From contig NC_017459.1 of NCBI RefSeq assembly GCF_000237865.1, positions 2,670,001 through 2,702,000 on the forward strand: 32,000 nt of DNA, in the 5' to 3' direction. Both the position numbers and the translations under genes were made by a program. Source of the DNA: Haloquadratum walsbyi C23 (GTDB lineage Archaea > Halobacteriota > Halobacteria > Halobacteriales > Haloferacaceae). Below, one piece after another: positions 8,980 through 19,175 of the stretch (positions within the stretch are counted from its first letter, which is position 1; every line of letters begins with the position of its first letter). Under the pieces are notes generated by a model. The model had not been told where the DNA came from. It ran no database searches and worked only from the letters and a program-made list of their open reading frames with translations.

Positions 8980-11770
8980 CTAGTCGTCTCTGTAAATTCT
9001 CGAGCATATTCAGCGCTTCGAGCGGTGTCATCCGAGCAATATCAATATCGCGTAGCGATTTGAGCACATCTATGTTTGCTGATGCATCGGATTGATTAAT
9101 ACCTGCGTCTGTGTTTGTATCTGCGCCTCTAGGACTTCTGGCAATCTCGTCATCATCCGAGGCTTGATTTTGCTGATTGTCGTGGTCCACAGAAACCATC
9201 TCAGCATGAGTTAGGTCATCATGATGATGTGTGCCCTGCTCAGATATCTCGGTGTAATTTTCACCCTCGGTATGGATATATCGTTGTGCCTGTTCAACGA
9301 CTGGAGTAGGAACACCAGCAAGTTTGGCAACTTCAACACCGTATGAGGAGTCGGCTGCTCCTGACGTAACCCGGTGAAGAAATGTTACTGAGGCATCATT
9401 GTCGGGGTGCGTCTCACGATGGACTTTAAAATGTAAATTGAATGCTGATGGAAGCGATCCTGTCACAGTTGTTAGATCATGATAGTGTGTTGTAAATAGT
9501 GTCCGAGCACCGATTTCATTATGAATGAACTCTACCGTTGCGCGTGCAATCGCACGTCCATCCGTTGTTGAAGTTCCGCGCCCCACCTCATCAAGGAGAA
9601 TAAGCGATGATTCAGTTGCATTATGCAGTATGTCCGTCATCTCAGACATTTCTCGCATAAACGTTGACTCACCGCCAGAAATATCATCAGATGCCCCTAT
9701 TCGTGTAAATATCCGATCGAGAACTGGAATTTGAGCGGCATCTGCAGGAACGAATGACCCTGCTTGTGCAAGAATACAGATATGTGCTATCTGTCGCATA
9801 TATGTTGATTTACCACTCATATTTGGTCCGGTAATCATCGCGATATGACCTTTTTCGAAGGTAATTCCATTTGGCACGAACTCTGCTTGTGTCTGCTCAA
9901 CAACGGGATGACGACCTGCCTCAATGTCAAGTGTATCTGCGGTTATTTCTGGGCGGACATATGCATGTGATATCGCAATAGTCGCGAATGAAACGAGCGC
10001 ATCGAGACGTCCGATTGCGTCTGCTACTGCTTGCAACCGACTTGTTTCTGCTGCGACCTCTGCGCGAATATCACAGAACAGTTCATATTCAAGTTTATCT
10101 GCTCGGTTTGATGCGGCGATAATCTCATCTTCACGGCGTTTTAATGCGGGTGTATAGAACCGCTCAGCGTTTTTCAGTGTTTGTCGACGAGTATATTCAT
10201 TAGGGACGTGGTCGAGATTTGGATTTGTGACCTCAATATAGTATCCATGTACCTCTGTATACCCAACTTCTAGTGAATCAATCCCAGTTCGCTCACGTTC
10301 GCGGGTCTCAAGCTCACTTACCCACTCACGTCCAGCCTCCTCTCTTTCCCGTATATCATCAAGATCGTCATTAAATCCCTTAGCAATAACATCACCATCA
10401 GTCACTGTTTGTGGTGGGTCCGAGCAGACTGCTGTATCGATGAGTGTCCGGATATCGTCAAGCGAATCAAGCTCAGCCTGTAACTGTTCGAGTGTTTCAG
10501 CCGGCAGCTCTGTCTCTGTGAGTACCTCTATGAGTGCTGATTTAATCTCTGGAATGCTGTCAAGGCTCTGCAACAGTGACCGCATGTCACGCGCATCCGC
10601 TTGCTCACGCGCAGTCCGAGCGGTGAGACGTTCGAGATCATATATGTGTGACAATTTTTCTGTAAGTGTCTCAACAACAAGCGGATTCTCAGCAAGTGCA
10701 GCAACAGCATCATGACGTGTCTTGATTGCTTCATGATCTGCGAGTGGTCGTCGAAGCCACGATTCAAGCGTCCGGCGGCCAAGCGCTGATGACGTTTCAT
10801 CGATGGTCTCAATGAGTGTCTCACCATACGGTTGCCGGGAGTCAAAAAGCTCTAGACTTTGTATTGCGGTCGCATCAACTCGGAGAGCAGTATCTGTTTT
10901 ATATCGTCTAATTCGTGAGACGTACTCAAGTGGTCCACAGTCACCTTGTGTATACTCAGCGTAATCGAGAACTGCCCCGACTGCTCGCCGCTCAGCAGAT
11001 GAAAGGAATGCTGTTGGTTCATCAACATACGCTTCGAGTGTCTGAGTCGCTGCTGCAAGCTCAAACGCCCCCGAGTTATGTGTTGTCTGCATCGTCTCAA
11101 AAGGAAGCGATGAAGACTCAATCGTTTTCGTGTCAACTTCAGGACCAATAAGTAACTCCGCTGGTCTGAGTCGGCTTAACTCTTCATAGATTTGATCATG
11201 TTCAACGCTAGTTACACGGCACGCACCTGTCGAGACATCGACTGTTGCGATTGCTCCAGTCATCTCCGAGGCGTCACCATCTGAGTCGGTTATACTCACA
11301 GCGCCAAGGTACGTTGCCGCTGCATCGGTAAGGAGGTCACCATTGGTGACAGTGCCCGGTGTAATGATATTTGTTACTGCCCGATCAACAAGTCCACTTG
11401 TCGCCTCAGCCTCTTCAACTTGCTCAGCGATAGCGACTCGAAAGTCAGCCGATAATAACGCTTCAATATATGATGTAGCATTATCGATAGGGACACCCGC
11501 CATCCGATAGGTCCCTGTTGAGTCCTCACGCTGTGTTAGAGTTACCTCACACACTTGAGCGACTGTTGTTGCGGCCTCACAGAATGCCTCATAGAAGTCA
11601 CCAACCTGAAATAATACAAGAGCATCTGGGTGAGCCTCACAGCAATCAAGATACTGTGACAGCATTGGTGTTAATTCTGTCCGTCGTGTGAGCATCTTCT
11701 CTGGCGGTCCCTCAGGTTGTGGCTCGAGATCAGTGCCAGCGTCGACGTCAGTATCGGTGCCTGTTGTCAT
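8972..11770 (-). CDS. mutS: DNA mismatch repair protein MutS
   Basis: The mismatch-binding N-terminus (LTPMLSQYLD, FYEAF) and the Walker A motif GPNMSGKSTYMRQ are present, along with DEVGRGTST and TTHYH. The ATG at 11770 sits two codons inside a GTG-started ORF ending at 11776. The stop overlaps the mutL start by 8 nt. Confidence 0.9.
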   Translation of the reverse strand: MTTGTDTDVDAGTDLEPQPEGPPEKMLTRRTELTPMLSQYLDCCEAHPDALVLFQVGDFYEAFCEAATTVAQVCEVTLTQREDSTGTYRMAGVPIDNATSYIEALLSADFRVAIAEQVEEAEATSGLVDRAVTNIITPGTVTNGDLLTDAAATYLGAVSITDSDGDASEMTGAIATVDVSTGACRVTSVEHDQIYEELSRLRPAELLIGPEVDTKTIESSSLPFETMQTTHNSGAFELAAATQTLEAYVDEPTAFLSSAERRAVGAVLDYAEYTQGDCGPLEYVSRIRRYKTDTALRVDATAIQSLELFDSRQPYGETLIETIDETSSALGRRTLESWLRRPLADHEAIKTRHDAVAALAENPLVVETLTEKLSHIYDLERLTARTAREQADARDMRSLLQSLDSIPEIKSALIEVLTETELPAETLEQLQAELDSLDDIRTLIDTAVCSDPPQTVTDGDVIAKGFNDDLDDIREREEAGREWVSELETRERERTGIDSLEVGYTEVHGYYIEVTNPNLDHVPNEYTRRQTLKNAERFYTPALKRREDEIIAASNRADKLEYELFCDIRAEVAAETSRLQAVADAIGRLDALVSFATIAISHAYVRPEITADTLDIEAGRHPVVEQTQAEFVPNGITFEKGHIAMITGPNMSGKSTYMRQIAHICILAQAGSFVPADAAQIPVLDRIFTRIGASDDISGGESTFMREMSEMTDILHNATESSLILLDEVGRGTSTTDGRAIARATVEFIHNEIGARTLFTTHYHDLTTVTGSLPSAFNLHFKVHRETHPDNDASVTFLHRVTSGAADSSYGVEVAKLAGVPTPVVEQAQRYIHTEGENYTEISEQGTHHHDDLTHAEMVSVDHDNQQNQASDDDEIARSPRGADTNTDAGINQSDASANIDVLKSLRDIDIARMTPLEALNMLENLQRRLDE

Positions 11771-12207
11771 CCTCACTGAGCATATATTATATCGATCTTA
11801 ATTCCGACAATACAGATCCGGATCAGCATGTGGTCGCATAACCACCTTGATTGGTTTTGTGTTATTTACTCTTGATATTCTCATGACTCTAAAGAGATGG
11901 GATTTGTCTGAGGAGTAATTACGATTTGATCTTGACAACGGTGCATGTATACTGTGATTTCTCCATTTTTGATTACCACTTCATCTTTTACTCGGAGAAT
12001 AATTCTCCAGTAGAATTAGGTGTATACGGTCGATATATGTATGTGTCGACGTATCAAACCATATCGCACTTGACCGATACATCTGTCTCGGTCAATCCAC
12101 AATATGACCATCCAAATCTGGATATGCTCTATCTGAACTCATGCCAGTAGTTATGAAATATGCTCGGGGTCTATTCATGAACCATTGCTTTGACACGCCC
12201 TTGTACA

Positions 12208-13221
12208 ATGACCGATACTAACGCTAACACCGACACAGACACAAGCGCGGAGACAGACACAATCGATATCGACTCACGAGTGTCTTCCACGGACCGTGAC
12301 CCGCTTGCTGTTGATGAGGTTGCAGCATTAACAACACGCATTATTGACAATGTTGAGCGTGTTATCGTTGGTCATCGAAACGCTGCAGAGGATATTTTAA
12401 TCACCATGCTCGCCCGTGGACATCTTCTGCTTGAAGATGTCCCGGGAGTCGGAAAGACAATGCTTGCGCGGTCAATTGCGACTTCACTCGAATGCTCATT
12501 TAACCGCGTTCAATTTACTCCTGACTTACTCCCACCGGATGTCACAGGTGTCAACGTCTTTGACCAGCAACAACAAGTATTTGAATTTCAACCCGGTCCG
12601 GTATTTGCAAATGTTGTCCTTGGCGATGAGATTAATCGTGCACCGCCAAAAACACAAGCAGCCCTGCTTGAAGTGATGGCTGAACAGCAGGTGACAGTTG
12701 ATGGTGAAACACATCCTGTTCCAGATCCGTTTACTGTTATTGCAACGCAGAATGATATTGAACCAACACAGACATATGACCTTCCTGTAGCCGAGGTTGA
12801 TCGATTTACAAAACAAATTCAGCTCGGCTATCCAAATGAGGCTGAAGAGACCGAATTATTAGGACGGGTTGCTGGACACCACCCGATAGAATCACTTGAG
12901 GCAGTTGCAACTGTTGAAGATGTCAATCGCGCAAGAGAGACAGTAGCTGCGACGACTGTAAGTGAATCCGTTCGCTCATATGTTGCTCAACTAGCAGGAT
13001 ACACCCGCGATAATGCTCGCTTGGGGGTGAGTCCGCGGGGGGCGATTGCGCTTGTTCGTGTTGCACAGGCTCGTGCTGTTTTCGAAGGTCGTGATTTTGT
13101 CATTCCAGATGATATACACGCTGAAATCCACCCAACATGGTCGCATCGAATTCAGACAGCTGACACGGTCGATAGCGCGCACGTTGTCGATAATGCGCTT
13201 GATGAAGTTCCAATTGAGTGA
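12208..13221 (+). CDS. MoxR-family AAA+ ATPase
   Basis: LLLEDVPGVGKT (Walker A), VLGDEINRAPPKTQAALLEVMAE (Walker B and sensor) and GVSPRGAIAL are typical of MoxR. Confidence 0.9.
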   Translation: MTDTNANTDTDTSAETDTIDIDSRVSSTDRDPLAVDEVAALTTRIIDNVERVIVGHRNAAEDILITMLARGHLLLEDVPGVGKTMLARSIATSLECSFNRVQFTPDLLPPDVTGVNVFDQQQQVFEFQPGPVFANVVLGDEINRAPPKTQAALLEVMAEQQVTVDGETHPVPDPFTVIATQNDIEPTQTYDLPVAEVDRFTKQIQLGYPNEAEETELLGRVAGHHPIESLEAVATVEDVNRARETVAATTVSESVRSYVAQLAGYTRDNARLGVSPRGAIALVRVAQARAVFEGRDFVIPDDIHAEIHPTWSHRIQTADTVDSAHVVDNALDEVPIE

Positions 13222-13411
13222 CACTACACTGATATAATAAGAGAAACACTCGATCATATGGCTAAACATGTTGATATCAAACTATCACTTCATTACGATA
13301 CAGCGTCATAATAGATGAATGCCTCAGTTCATTCAGGACATGTTGTCTCAGATGATCACTGTTGGAATATACAGTACGAAAATATCATAATAATATAAAA
13401 TATAACAATTG

Positions 13412-14548
13412 ATGCGCCCGACACGTCGCGGTTATATGTTCACACTTGTTTGTCTCGTTGCACTGAGTGCCGGCATTATGTATGGTCCGCGGGCACTCGA
13501 TGCCGTTGTCATTCCTGGATTTATCGCATTATTCGCCTCGATTATTGATATATGGCGGGTTTCAGAACCATCCGTTGAGCGGACGCTCCCATCACCGGCA
13601 GAGCCCGGCACGAAAGCACAGATTAGCTTGAAAATTAAAGCTGACCGTCCAGTCCCGGTAAGAGCGGTAGATACCATTCCATCTGGTCTTACAGGAACAC
13701 CGGTTATCGAAACAGTCGCAGATGGGACCAGTGTTGAGTATGAGTTGACCCGCCGCGACCGCGGGTGTCATACAATCGGTCCAGTTACTGTTCGACTTCG
13801 TGATCGATTAGGTCTTTTCGAGCGTGTCTTTATGATTGATAATACAGATTCAGTGACTGTTTTTCCGCAAATATGCTCACTCACGCCGGTAGCCGCTAAT
13901 GCACTTCGTAACACCACTTCCCCGACAGCGGGACCCAAGCGAGGATCATTTGAGGGACTTCGAGAATACACCCGTGGAGATGCACTTCGCGATGTCCACT
14001 GGAAGTCTTCAGCACGGCATGACGACCTTTTTACCCGTGACTTCGGGAGTGCAGCGGATCAGGATACCCAACTTGACTCACTCACAGTTGCTGTTAACAT
14101 TGAACAACATAGTGATACCTCAATTGAATTTGTTGATGCTGCGGCAACGGCAGCAGCGAGTATATGTATTGAGGCTCTTGATCAGGGAGCTGGCGTTCAG
14201 CTACAAACACCGACCGGGAACGCAACTGCTGTTGCTGGGAGTGAAGACGCAATTCTTGAACGCCTTGCAGAGTTCTCACTTCCAGTAAACCCACTTGAGG
14301 ATAACATAGCGAATGCAGACATACATGTGACAGTACGTGCAGAATCAGTCATCGTCTACTTCGGCGAGCGAACTGTTGATTTTGGAGACTTACTTAGTAT
14401 CCATAATCTCGAATCTCAAGATGGCGACACTGTGAGTATGATCGCTGATCGTGAAGAACAGACCCTGAAACGCAATTACGACGATAATATCACTGTTAGT
14501 ACCGATGCACACTCAGATGACTCAGCAACAGAAGAGAGATATACATGA
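13412..14548 (+). CDS. DUF58-family protein (MoxR partner)
   Basis: Two N-terminal TM helices are followed by the motif LREYTRGDALRDVHWKSSAR, typical of DUF58. The stop overlaps the next gene's start in an ATGA arrangement. Confidence 0.8.
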   Translation: MRPTRRGYMFTLVCLVALSAGIMYGPRALDAVVIPGFIALFASIIDIWRVSEPSVERTLPSPAEPGTKAQISLKIKADRPVPVRAVDTIPSGLTGTPVIETVADGTSVEYELTRRDRGCHTIGPVTVRLRDRLGLFERVFMIDNTDSVTVFPQICSLTPVAANALRNTTSPTAGPKRGSFEGLREYTRGDALRDVHWKSSARHDDLFTRDFGSAADQDTQLDSLTVAVNIEQHSDTSIEFVDAAATAAASICIEALDQGAGVQLQTPTGNATAVAGSEDAILERLAEFSLPVNPLEDNIANADIHVTVRAESVIVYFGERTVDFGDLLSIHNLESQDGDTVSMIADREEQTLKRNYDDNITVSTDAHSDDSATEERYT

Positions 14549-16935
14549 ATCGCTCATACATATCATATCGTATAAATGAAGTTAGCAAAATGGCGTCTCG
14601 CCCGAGTATACTCGCTGCTATCGGTATTATAGCGGTCACGTGGTCATATGTGAGTGTCCTTGCAGACATCGCGACCGTCACAGGCTGGCGAACCCCATTT
14701 TTATTCGTTGTTGTCCTTGCCGGCGTTCTTGGCGTGATGATCGGGACTATTGGGCGTACTCGGTCTGCATTTATCCTGACAATTGGTCTCTTACTCATTG
14801 GATTGATCACATATATTTATACACTCTCACAGGCACAACAACAGCTACTCACAACACAACGATTACTTGCAGACACCGCTGCACTGTTCACTGGCCTTTC
14901 GATACTACGCTTTGTTCGAGCTGGTGCATGGGCGATTGCTGTTGTCCCAGCCCCGGTATTTCTTTCATGGGCACTCTTGAGTGCTGGTCGGTACGTGCTC
15001 AGTGCAACAGCGGGTGGTGTTATACTCGGACTTGTTATTCTCACCGGTGATGCCGGTCTCCTTACAGCACTCACTGGCGTTGTCGGGTTTCTTCTCACAG
15101 TCGCAGCAGCAACACTCACTCAATATGATGGCGATATAAACCAACTTGACGCCGTAATTGTCCTTCTTGCAGTTATCATTGTTTTATCAACATCGGTTTC
15201 TGCTGTCCCTGGCAGTGGAAGTTCACCATTAGTCCCTGAGAAAACCCCACAAACTGTTGATGCGAGTCTAACAACTGCTGACCAACGAATTGAGGTTTTA
15301 GGGAGTATTGATCTTTCACCACAAGTCCGTTTCACTGTTGAAAGTTCTCGTCCGTCATATTGGCGGACAGGGGCTTACAATCGATATACAGGTGATGGAT
15401 GGGTTCGAACCGGTGAGACACAGCCATATCAAGGACAGCTCTCACTTCCGCCTGGGTCATCACAGTCCGTTCAACAGACAATAAAAACACAACAATCAAT
15501 TTCGATTCTCCCAGCGGCGTGGAAGCCAATTACAATCGAGGGGTCAGCAGCCTCACAGGCAACAGTCACTACACAGGGTGGATTGATTCCGCAAACATCA
15601 CTCAGTGCAAACACAGAATATACTGTCACAAGTCGTCTACCACTATGGACGCCTGCGCAGTTGCGACGGGCGGGAACAGCATATCCAGCGGAAATTGATG
15701 AGACCTATCGTGAAGTGCCCGCTGACACGAGTAATCGAGTCACCCAGCGTACGAACCAGATTATTTCGAACGCCAGTGCTGATACACCCTATGATGCTGC
15801 AATTGCGGTTGAGCGGTATCTTGAATCAAATAAACAATATTCACTTTCGGTATCAAAGCCAGATGGAAACGTTGCTGAATCGTTTTTGTTTGAAATGGAC
15901 GCAGGATACTGTGTTTATTACGCAAGCACAATGGCTGTAATGCTTCGAACACAGGGAATTCCGACGCGATTTGTCACTGGATACACGCCAGGACAACGGA
16001 TTGATTCGAACACACATGTTGTTCGGGGGCTCAACTCACATGCATGGGTCGAGGTATACTTTCCTGACACTGGCTGGGTCCGATTTGATCCGACGCCTGC
16101 GGCTGAGAGGCAGTCAACTGAGAGTGCGCGGCTCTCAGAAGCACGCCAGCAAGACACAGCAGGTATTGACCTCAATGAATCAACTCCAACACCAACACCA
16201 GGCTCCAGCGCCATGACACCAGAGAATGGTGCTTCAACCGACGCTACTGGGACGACTTCAGCACCAACTGAACGGTCAACAACGACACCACAGGGAACAG
16301 ATATAAATAATAATTCAGCGGGTTCAATGGCTCAAACGCCAGGAATCAGTGCTCGAACTGGTGATCCACTTGGGTCATCATCACCATCAGTTATCGATCA
16401 GTTCCTCCCGACAGTCCGAATACGTCGGCTTCTTGCCGTCATAGCTATCGGAATTATTGGTATGGGGGCAGCGATGCGACAGTCACATACAATCCAGTGC
16501 TCCAGACGGCTTGTTATGGCGCAGTCTCAGTGGCTGCAATCAATCCGACAGCATAAGCGTAGATTCGCTGGTATCCGAGGGGTCTCTGAGGGCAAATCCA
16601 AATCCAAATCCAAATCTAAATCTAAATCCGATCCGGATAGCTCAGTAGCATACGCATATCAGCGCGCAATGGCAGTACTTGCATACACACATCGACCACG
16701 CCGTCCAAATGAGACGCTTCGCACATATCGGGCTGCACTTTCGCTTTCAGCTGATCGTGAGGCAGCACTTCAGCAGATAGAGCAGGCGTATGAACGTAGT
16801 AAGTATGGAGATGGTGTCTCACCACCGACAGCAACAACAGCAATTACTGCTGCGGACTTTCTTGTTCGCACTGGTACTCCAGTTCGCCGGCGTATAGCTC
16901 AATTTCGAGAAATTAAGCCGCCAGATGATGAGTGA
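14545..16935 (+). CDS. multi-pass membrane transglutaminase-like protein
   Basis: The N-terminal third is hydrophobic. The transglutaminase core is GYCVYYASTMAVMLRTQGIPTRFVTGY...HAWVEVYF...WVRFDPT (Cys-His-Asp). A later start at 14590 is possible. Confidence 0.85.
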   Translation: MNRSYISYRINEVSKMASRPSILAAIGIIAVTWSYVSVLADIATVTGWRTPFLFVVVLAGVLGVMIGTIGRTRSAFILTIGLLLIGLITYIYTLSQAQQQLLTTQRLLADTAALFTGLSILRFVRAGAWAIAVVPAPVFLSWALLSAGRYVLSATAGGVILGLVILTGDAGLLTALTGVVGFLLTVAAATLTQYDGDINQLDAVIVLLAVIIVLSTSVSAVPGSGSSPLVPEKTPQTVDASLTTADQRIEVLGSIDLSPQVRFTVESSRPSYWRTGAYNRYTGDGWVRTGETQPYQGQLSLPPGSSQSVQQTIKTQQSISILPAAWKPITIEGSAASQATVTTQGGLIPQTSLSANTEYTVTSRLPLWTPAQLRRAGTAYPAEIDETYREVPADTSNRVTQRTNQIISNASADTPYDAAIAVERYLESNKQYSLSVSKPDGNVAESFLFEMDAGYCVYYASTMAVMLRTQGIPTRFVTGYTPGQRIDSNTHVVRGLNSHAWVEVYFPDTGWVRFDPTPAAERQSTESARLSEARQQDTAGIDLNESTPTPTPGSSAMTPENGASTDATGTTSAPTERSTTTPQGTDINNNSAGSMAQTPGISARTGDPLGSSSPSVIDQFLPTVRIRRLLAVIAIGIIGMGAAMRQSHTIQCSRRLVMAQSQWLQSIRQHKRRFAGIRGVSEGKSKSKSKSKSKSDPDSSVAYAYQRAMAVLAYTHRPRRPNETLRTYRAALSLSADREAALQQIEQAYERSKYGDGVSPPTATTAITAADFLVRTGTPVRRRIAQFREIKPPDDE
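16594..16629 (+). repeat. hexanucleotide tandem repeat (AAATCY)x6 encoding (KS)6
   Basis: The sequence reads aaatcc aaatcc aaatcc aaatct aaatct aaatcc. It lies in frame inside the transglutaminase-like gene. Confidence 0.95.
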
Positions 16936-17184
16936 GGACATGATTTAGAATTGTGAAGCACCCCGGGGGTCAAGCCCCAGGCACTCGCCTTGCACAACTT
17001 GTAGAGTGAGATAATGAGCATATGATCTATTCAATAACGACTAGCAACGGTAAGCTACTTATTATTTGATTGTATATTACGTCCACGGAATGGCAAAGCA
17101 TGACATCGCGACCAAGAGTTGGCGTTCCTTGAGAGTTCAAAAGTACGACAGTGTTATAACTAAATCGGGCAAAATGTGGAACAG

Positions 17185-17481
17185 ATGAGTGGCAACGTCT
17201 GCTCAACATGTGGACTCCCTAACGAGCTTTGCGTTTGCGAGGACGTCGCAAAAGATTCTCAGGAGATTAATATCCGCGTTGACGAGCGCCGCTATGGAAA
17301 GGAAGTAACGATAATTGAGGGATTCGATCCGAAAGACGTCGATATGGATAGTCTGTCGTCAGATTTGAAATCAAAGTTTGCCTGTGGCGGAACAATTGAA
17401 GATGGCTCAATTGAACTCCAAGGCAACCATACCGGTCGCGTTGAGGACTTTCTTCGAGATAAGGGATTCAATGTTGCCTAA
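17185..17481 (+). CDS. translation initiation factor aSUI1 (eIF1 homolog)
   Basis: [16 protein letters not shown] followed by the SUI1 fold sequence [13 protein letters not shown]...[10 protein letters not shown]...IELQGNH. Confidence 0.9.
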   Translation: MSGNVCSTCGLPNELCVCEDVAKDSQEINIRVDERRYGKEVTIIEGFDPKDVDMDSLSSDLKSKFACGGTIEDGSIELQGNHTGRVEDFLRDKGFNVA

Positions 17482-17533
17482 GTAAAACTAGAATACATCC
17501 TATACAACAGCGGTGTGGATGGTGAACTACCTC

Positions 17534-17567
17534 GCGCACGGTGGGGCGGGGAACTCGCGCTATTTTT
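17534..17567 (+). terminator. possible terminator downstream of aSUI1 (short GC stem followed by a T5 run)
   Basis: The segment gcgca (17534-17538) can pair with tgcgc (17556-17560). It is followed by tattttt at 17561-17567. Archaeal termination relies mainly on oligo-T. Confidence 0.35.
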
Positions 17568-17623
17568 CATTTAAATACGCGTCACAGCCTGATAATTGGC
17601 TTGAATGATCAGTATATGATAGC

Positions 17624-17639
17624 TGATGATGATGATGAT
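17624..17639 (+). repeat. (TGA)5 microsatellite in an intergenic spacer
   Basis: The repeat tgatgatgatgatgat was read directly from the sequence. Confidence 0.9.
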
Positions 17640-17732
17640 ACCGTATCCCCGCCGCGCTCACTCGCATTGTCTGTTTTTTGCATACAGTGATTAGTGGTAA
17701 TGGATGATTCAATGTTGGCTCAAAATACCGTT

Positions 17733-18296
17733 TCAGAGGAGCCCTTCTTCGCTCGCGAGTAGTATGCCCTCCACTGTGGCATCATTTGTTGGTCCGCCAC
17801 GAGCAACTTCGATGGCATCAGCAACCGGCACGGAATGGACTGAAAGAAATTCATTATCATCAAGTGTCTGTTCAACTGGTCTAAGATCTGTCGCGAGCAC
17901 GAATCCTCGCCGATGTCTGAGCATACCTGTTGAGCACCATAGGTCTTGTAAGAGTAGTAGATTATTTGCTTCAAATCCTGTCTCCTCGCGGAGTTCTCGT
18001 TTACCGGCACTGGTGAACGACTCATTAGTCTCAACAACACCTGCTGGGAGTTCAAGATGTGTTTCCCGAATAGTCGGACGATACTGTTCAACGAAGATTA
18101 TTGAATCATCCGCAATAGCAACGATAACGACGGCTGTAGCCAGTTCAGCCCAATAATATTTTTTTATGCTTCCATCTGGCTGCTCAACGCGATCATATCC
18201 GCCGGTATACCAGCCGGTCTCATATTCGGTTATAGATTCACGAATAGGCCATTCTGGCGCTGAAAGTGACTCATGTCGGCGCCCATCCTCATTCAT
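17733..18296 (-). CDS. NUDIX hydrolase (ADP-ribose pyrophosphatase-like)
   Basis: The Nudix box GVVETNESFTSAGKRELREETGF matches the pattern Gx5Ex7REUxEExGU. Confidence 0.85.
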   Translation of the reverse strand: MNEDGRRHESLSAPEWPIRESITEYETGWYTGGYDRVEQPDGSIKKYYWAELATAVVIVAIADDSIIFVEQYRPTIRETHLELPAGVVETNESFTSAGKRELREETGFEANNLLLLQDLWCSTGMLRHRRGFVLATDLRPVEQTLDDNEFLSVHSVPVADAIEVARGGPTNDATVEGILLASEEGLL

Positions 18297-18575
18297 CGCA
18301 TGTGTATCTGAATGCTGTGGGGTTAACTCTTACAGGCTAATCTTACCTGTAGCGCAGCGAGACAAAACTGGATTATCTCACCCTACTCGCCAGTTGACGC
18401 TAGCTGCTTGAGAGTGGAGTTTCCTGTTTCTATGACGCGCCTCATATCCATTGCATTGAATATACCTGACGATGCAAATAGAGAGCACCGTCTCCACGGG
18501 GGTGGTTCTTCGAGTTGTCACACTTCTAGTCTCTCAAAACTGCAAGACAAGATTGTTACCATGGATGATTCTCGG

Positions 18576-19067
18576 TTATTGTTGAGAATCAGTATCGGCT
18601 GAGGGTTCATCCTCAATGACCGGTCGATAAATCTCACCAAAACTGTGTCGGCGAAGGGTGCTGACCGCAGCCGCCTGTTCGTTCTGGAATGTGGCAGCAA
18701 TAACATGATCACTGAACGGCGCATAGTGCCATGCAACGCGATCGACATTAGGACTTCCCATCTGTTCAACCTCAACAGCAGGGTGTGAATCAACCCATTC
18801 AGTAAATTCGTCTCGTGATCCAACCCTTACAGCTAGTTGCTCCGCAAAGAGAGTCTCTCGTGCCGCCTCGACAACCTCACTCGTGATACGCTCATTATAT
18901 TCCTCACGATTAAATCCCATTGCAGTCGCAATCTCTCTGACTACGGTTTGTGCAGTCGATCCGAGCGAATCAAACCGCTCATGAACTGTTGTTGTTGACC
19001 TCGGTGCAAGTTCACCAATGATGTCTAACTCGTCTGTCCTCGCCTCTGCTGTGTGATCTTCATTCAT
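18576..19067 (-). CDS. conserved-looking acidic hypothetical protein
   Basis: This 163 aa ORF has an acidic composition like its neighbours. No motif was recognised. Confidence 0.55.
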   Translation of the reverse strand: MNEDHTAEARTDELDIIGELAPRSTTTVHERFDSLGSTAQTVVREIATAMGFNREEYNERITSEVVEAARETLFAEQLAVRVGSRDEFTEWVDSHPAVEVEQMGSPNVDRVAWHYAPFSDHVIAATFQNEQAAAVSTLRRHSFGEIYRPVIEDEPSADTDSQQ

Positions 19068-19175
19068 TATATGTCGGTCTGTCTATGTGTGTAATATTGA
19101 TAATAGCTGTTAGTACCGACGCTGAAATTGGCATCAACGTCAGTCATGGTACTTGCTTTGTGAGCGTTCGATTAA

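Noticed and set aside
8032-11151. Numerous 60-115 aa ORFs nested in or antisense to mutL and mutS. Similar ones occur inside trpE, trpD, the transglutaminase gene and the NUDIX gene.
   Set aside because: They are Ser/Arg/Cys-rich or basic and have no motifs. They are fully contained within long, motif-supported genes, which is the typical shadow-ORF pattern.
11994-12008. Perfect palindrome GGAGAAT-A-ATTCTCC in the mutS/moxR divergent spacer, considered as a possible regulator site.
   Set aside because: A 7+7 palindrome is expected by chance a few times in 32 kb. There is no second copy or half-site nearby.
16958-16990. GC-rich CACCCCGGGGGTCAAGCCCCAGG just after the transglutaminase gene, considered as a tRNA fragment or attachment-site remnant.
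   Set aside because: It forms only a short GGGG/CCCC stem. It does not match a T-arm consensus, and no repeat of it occurs elsewhere in the window. At most it is a weak terminator-like hairpin.
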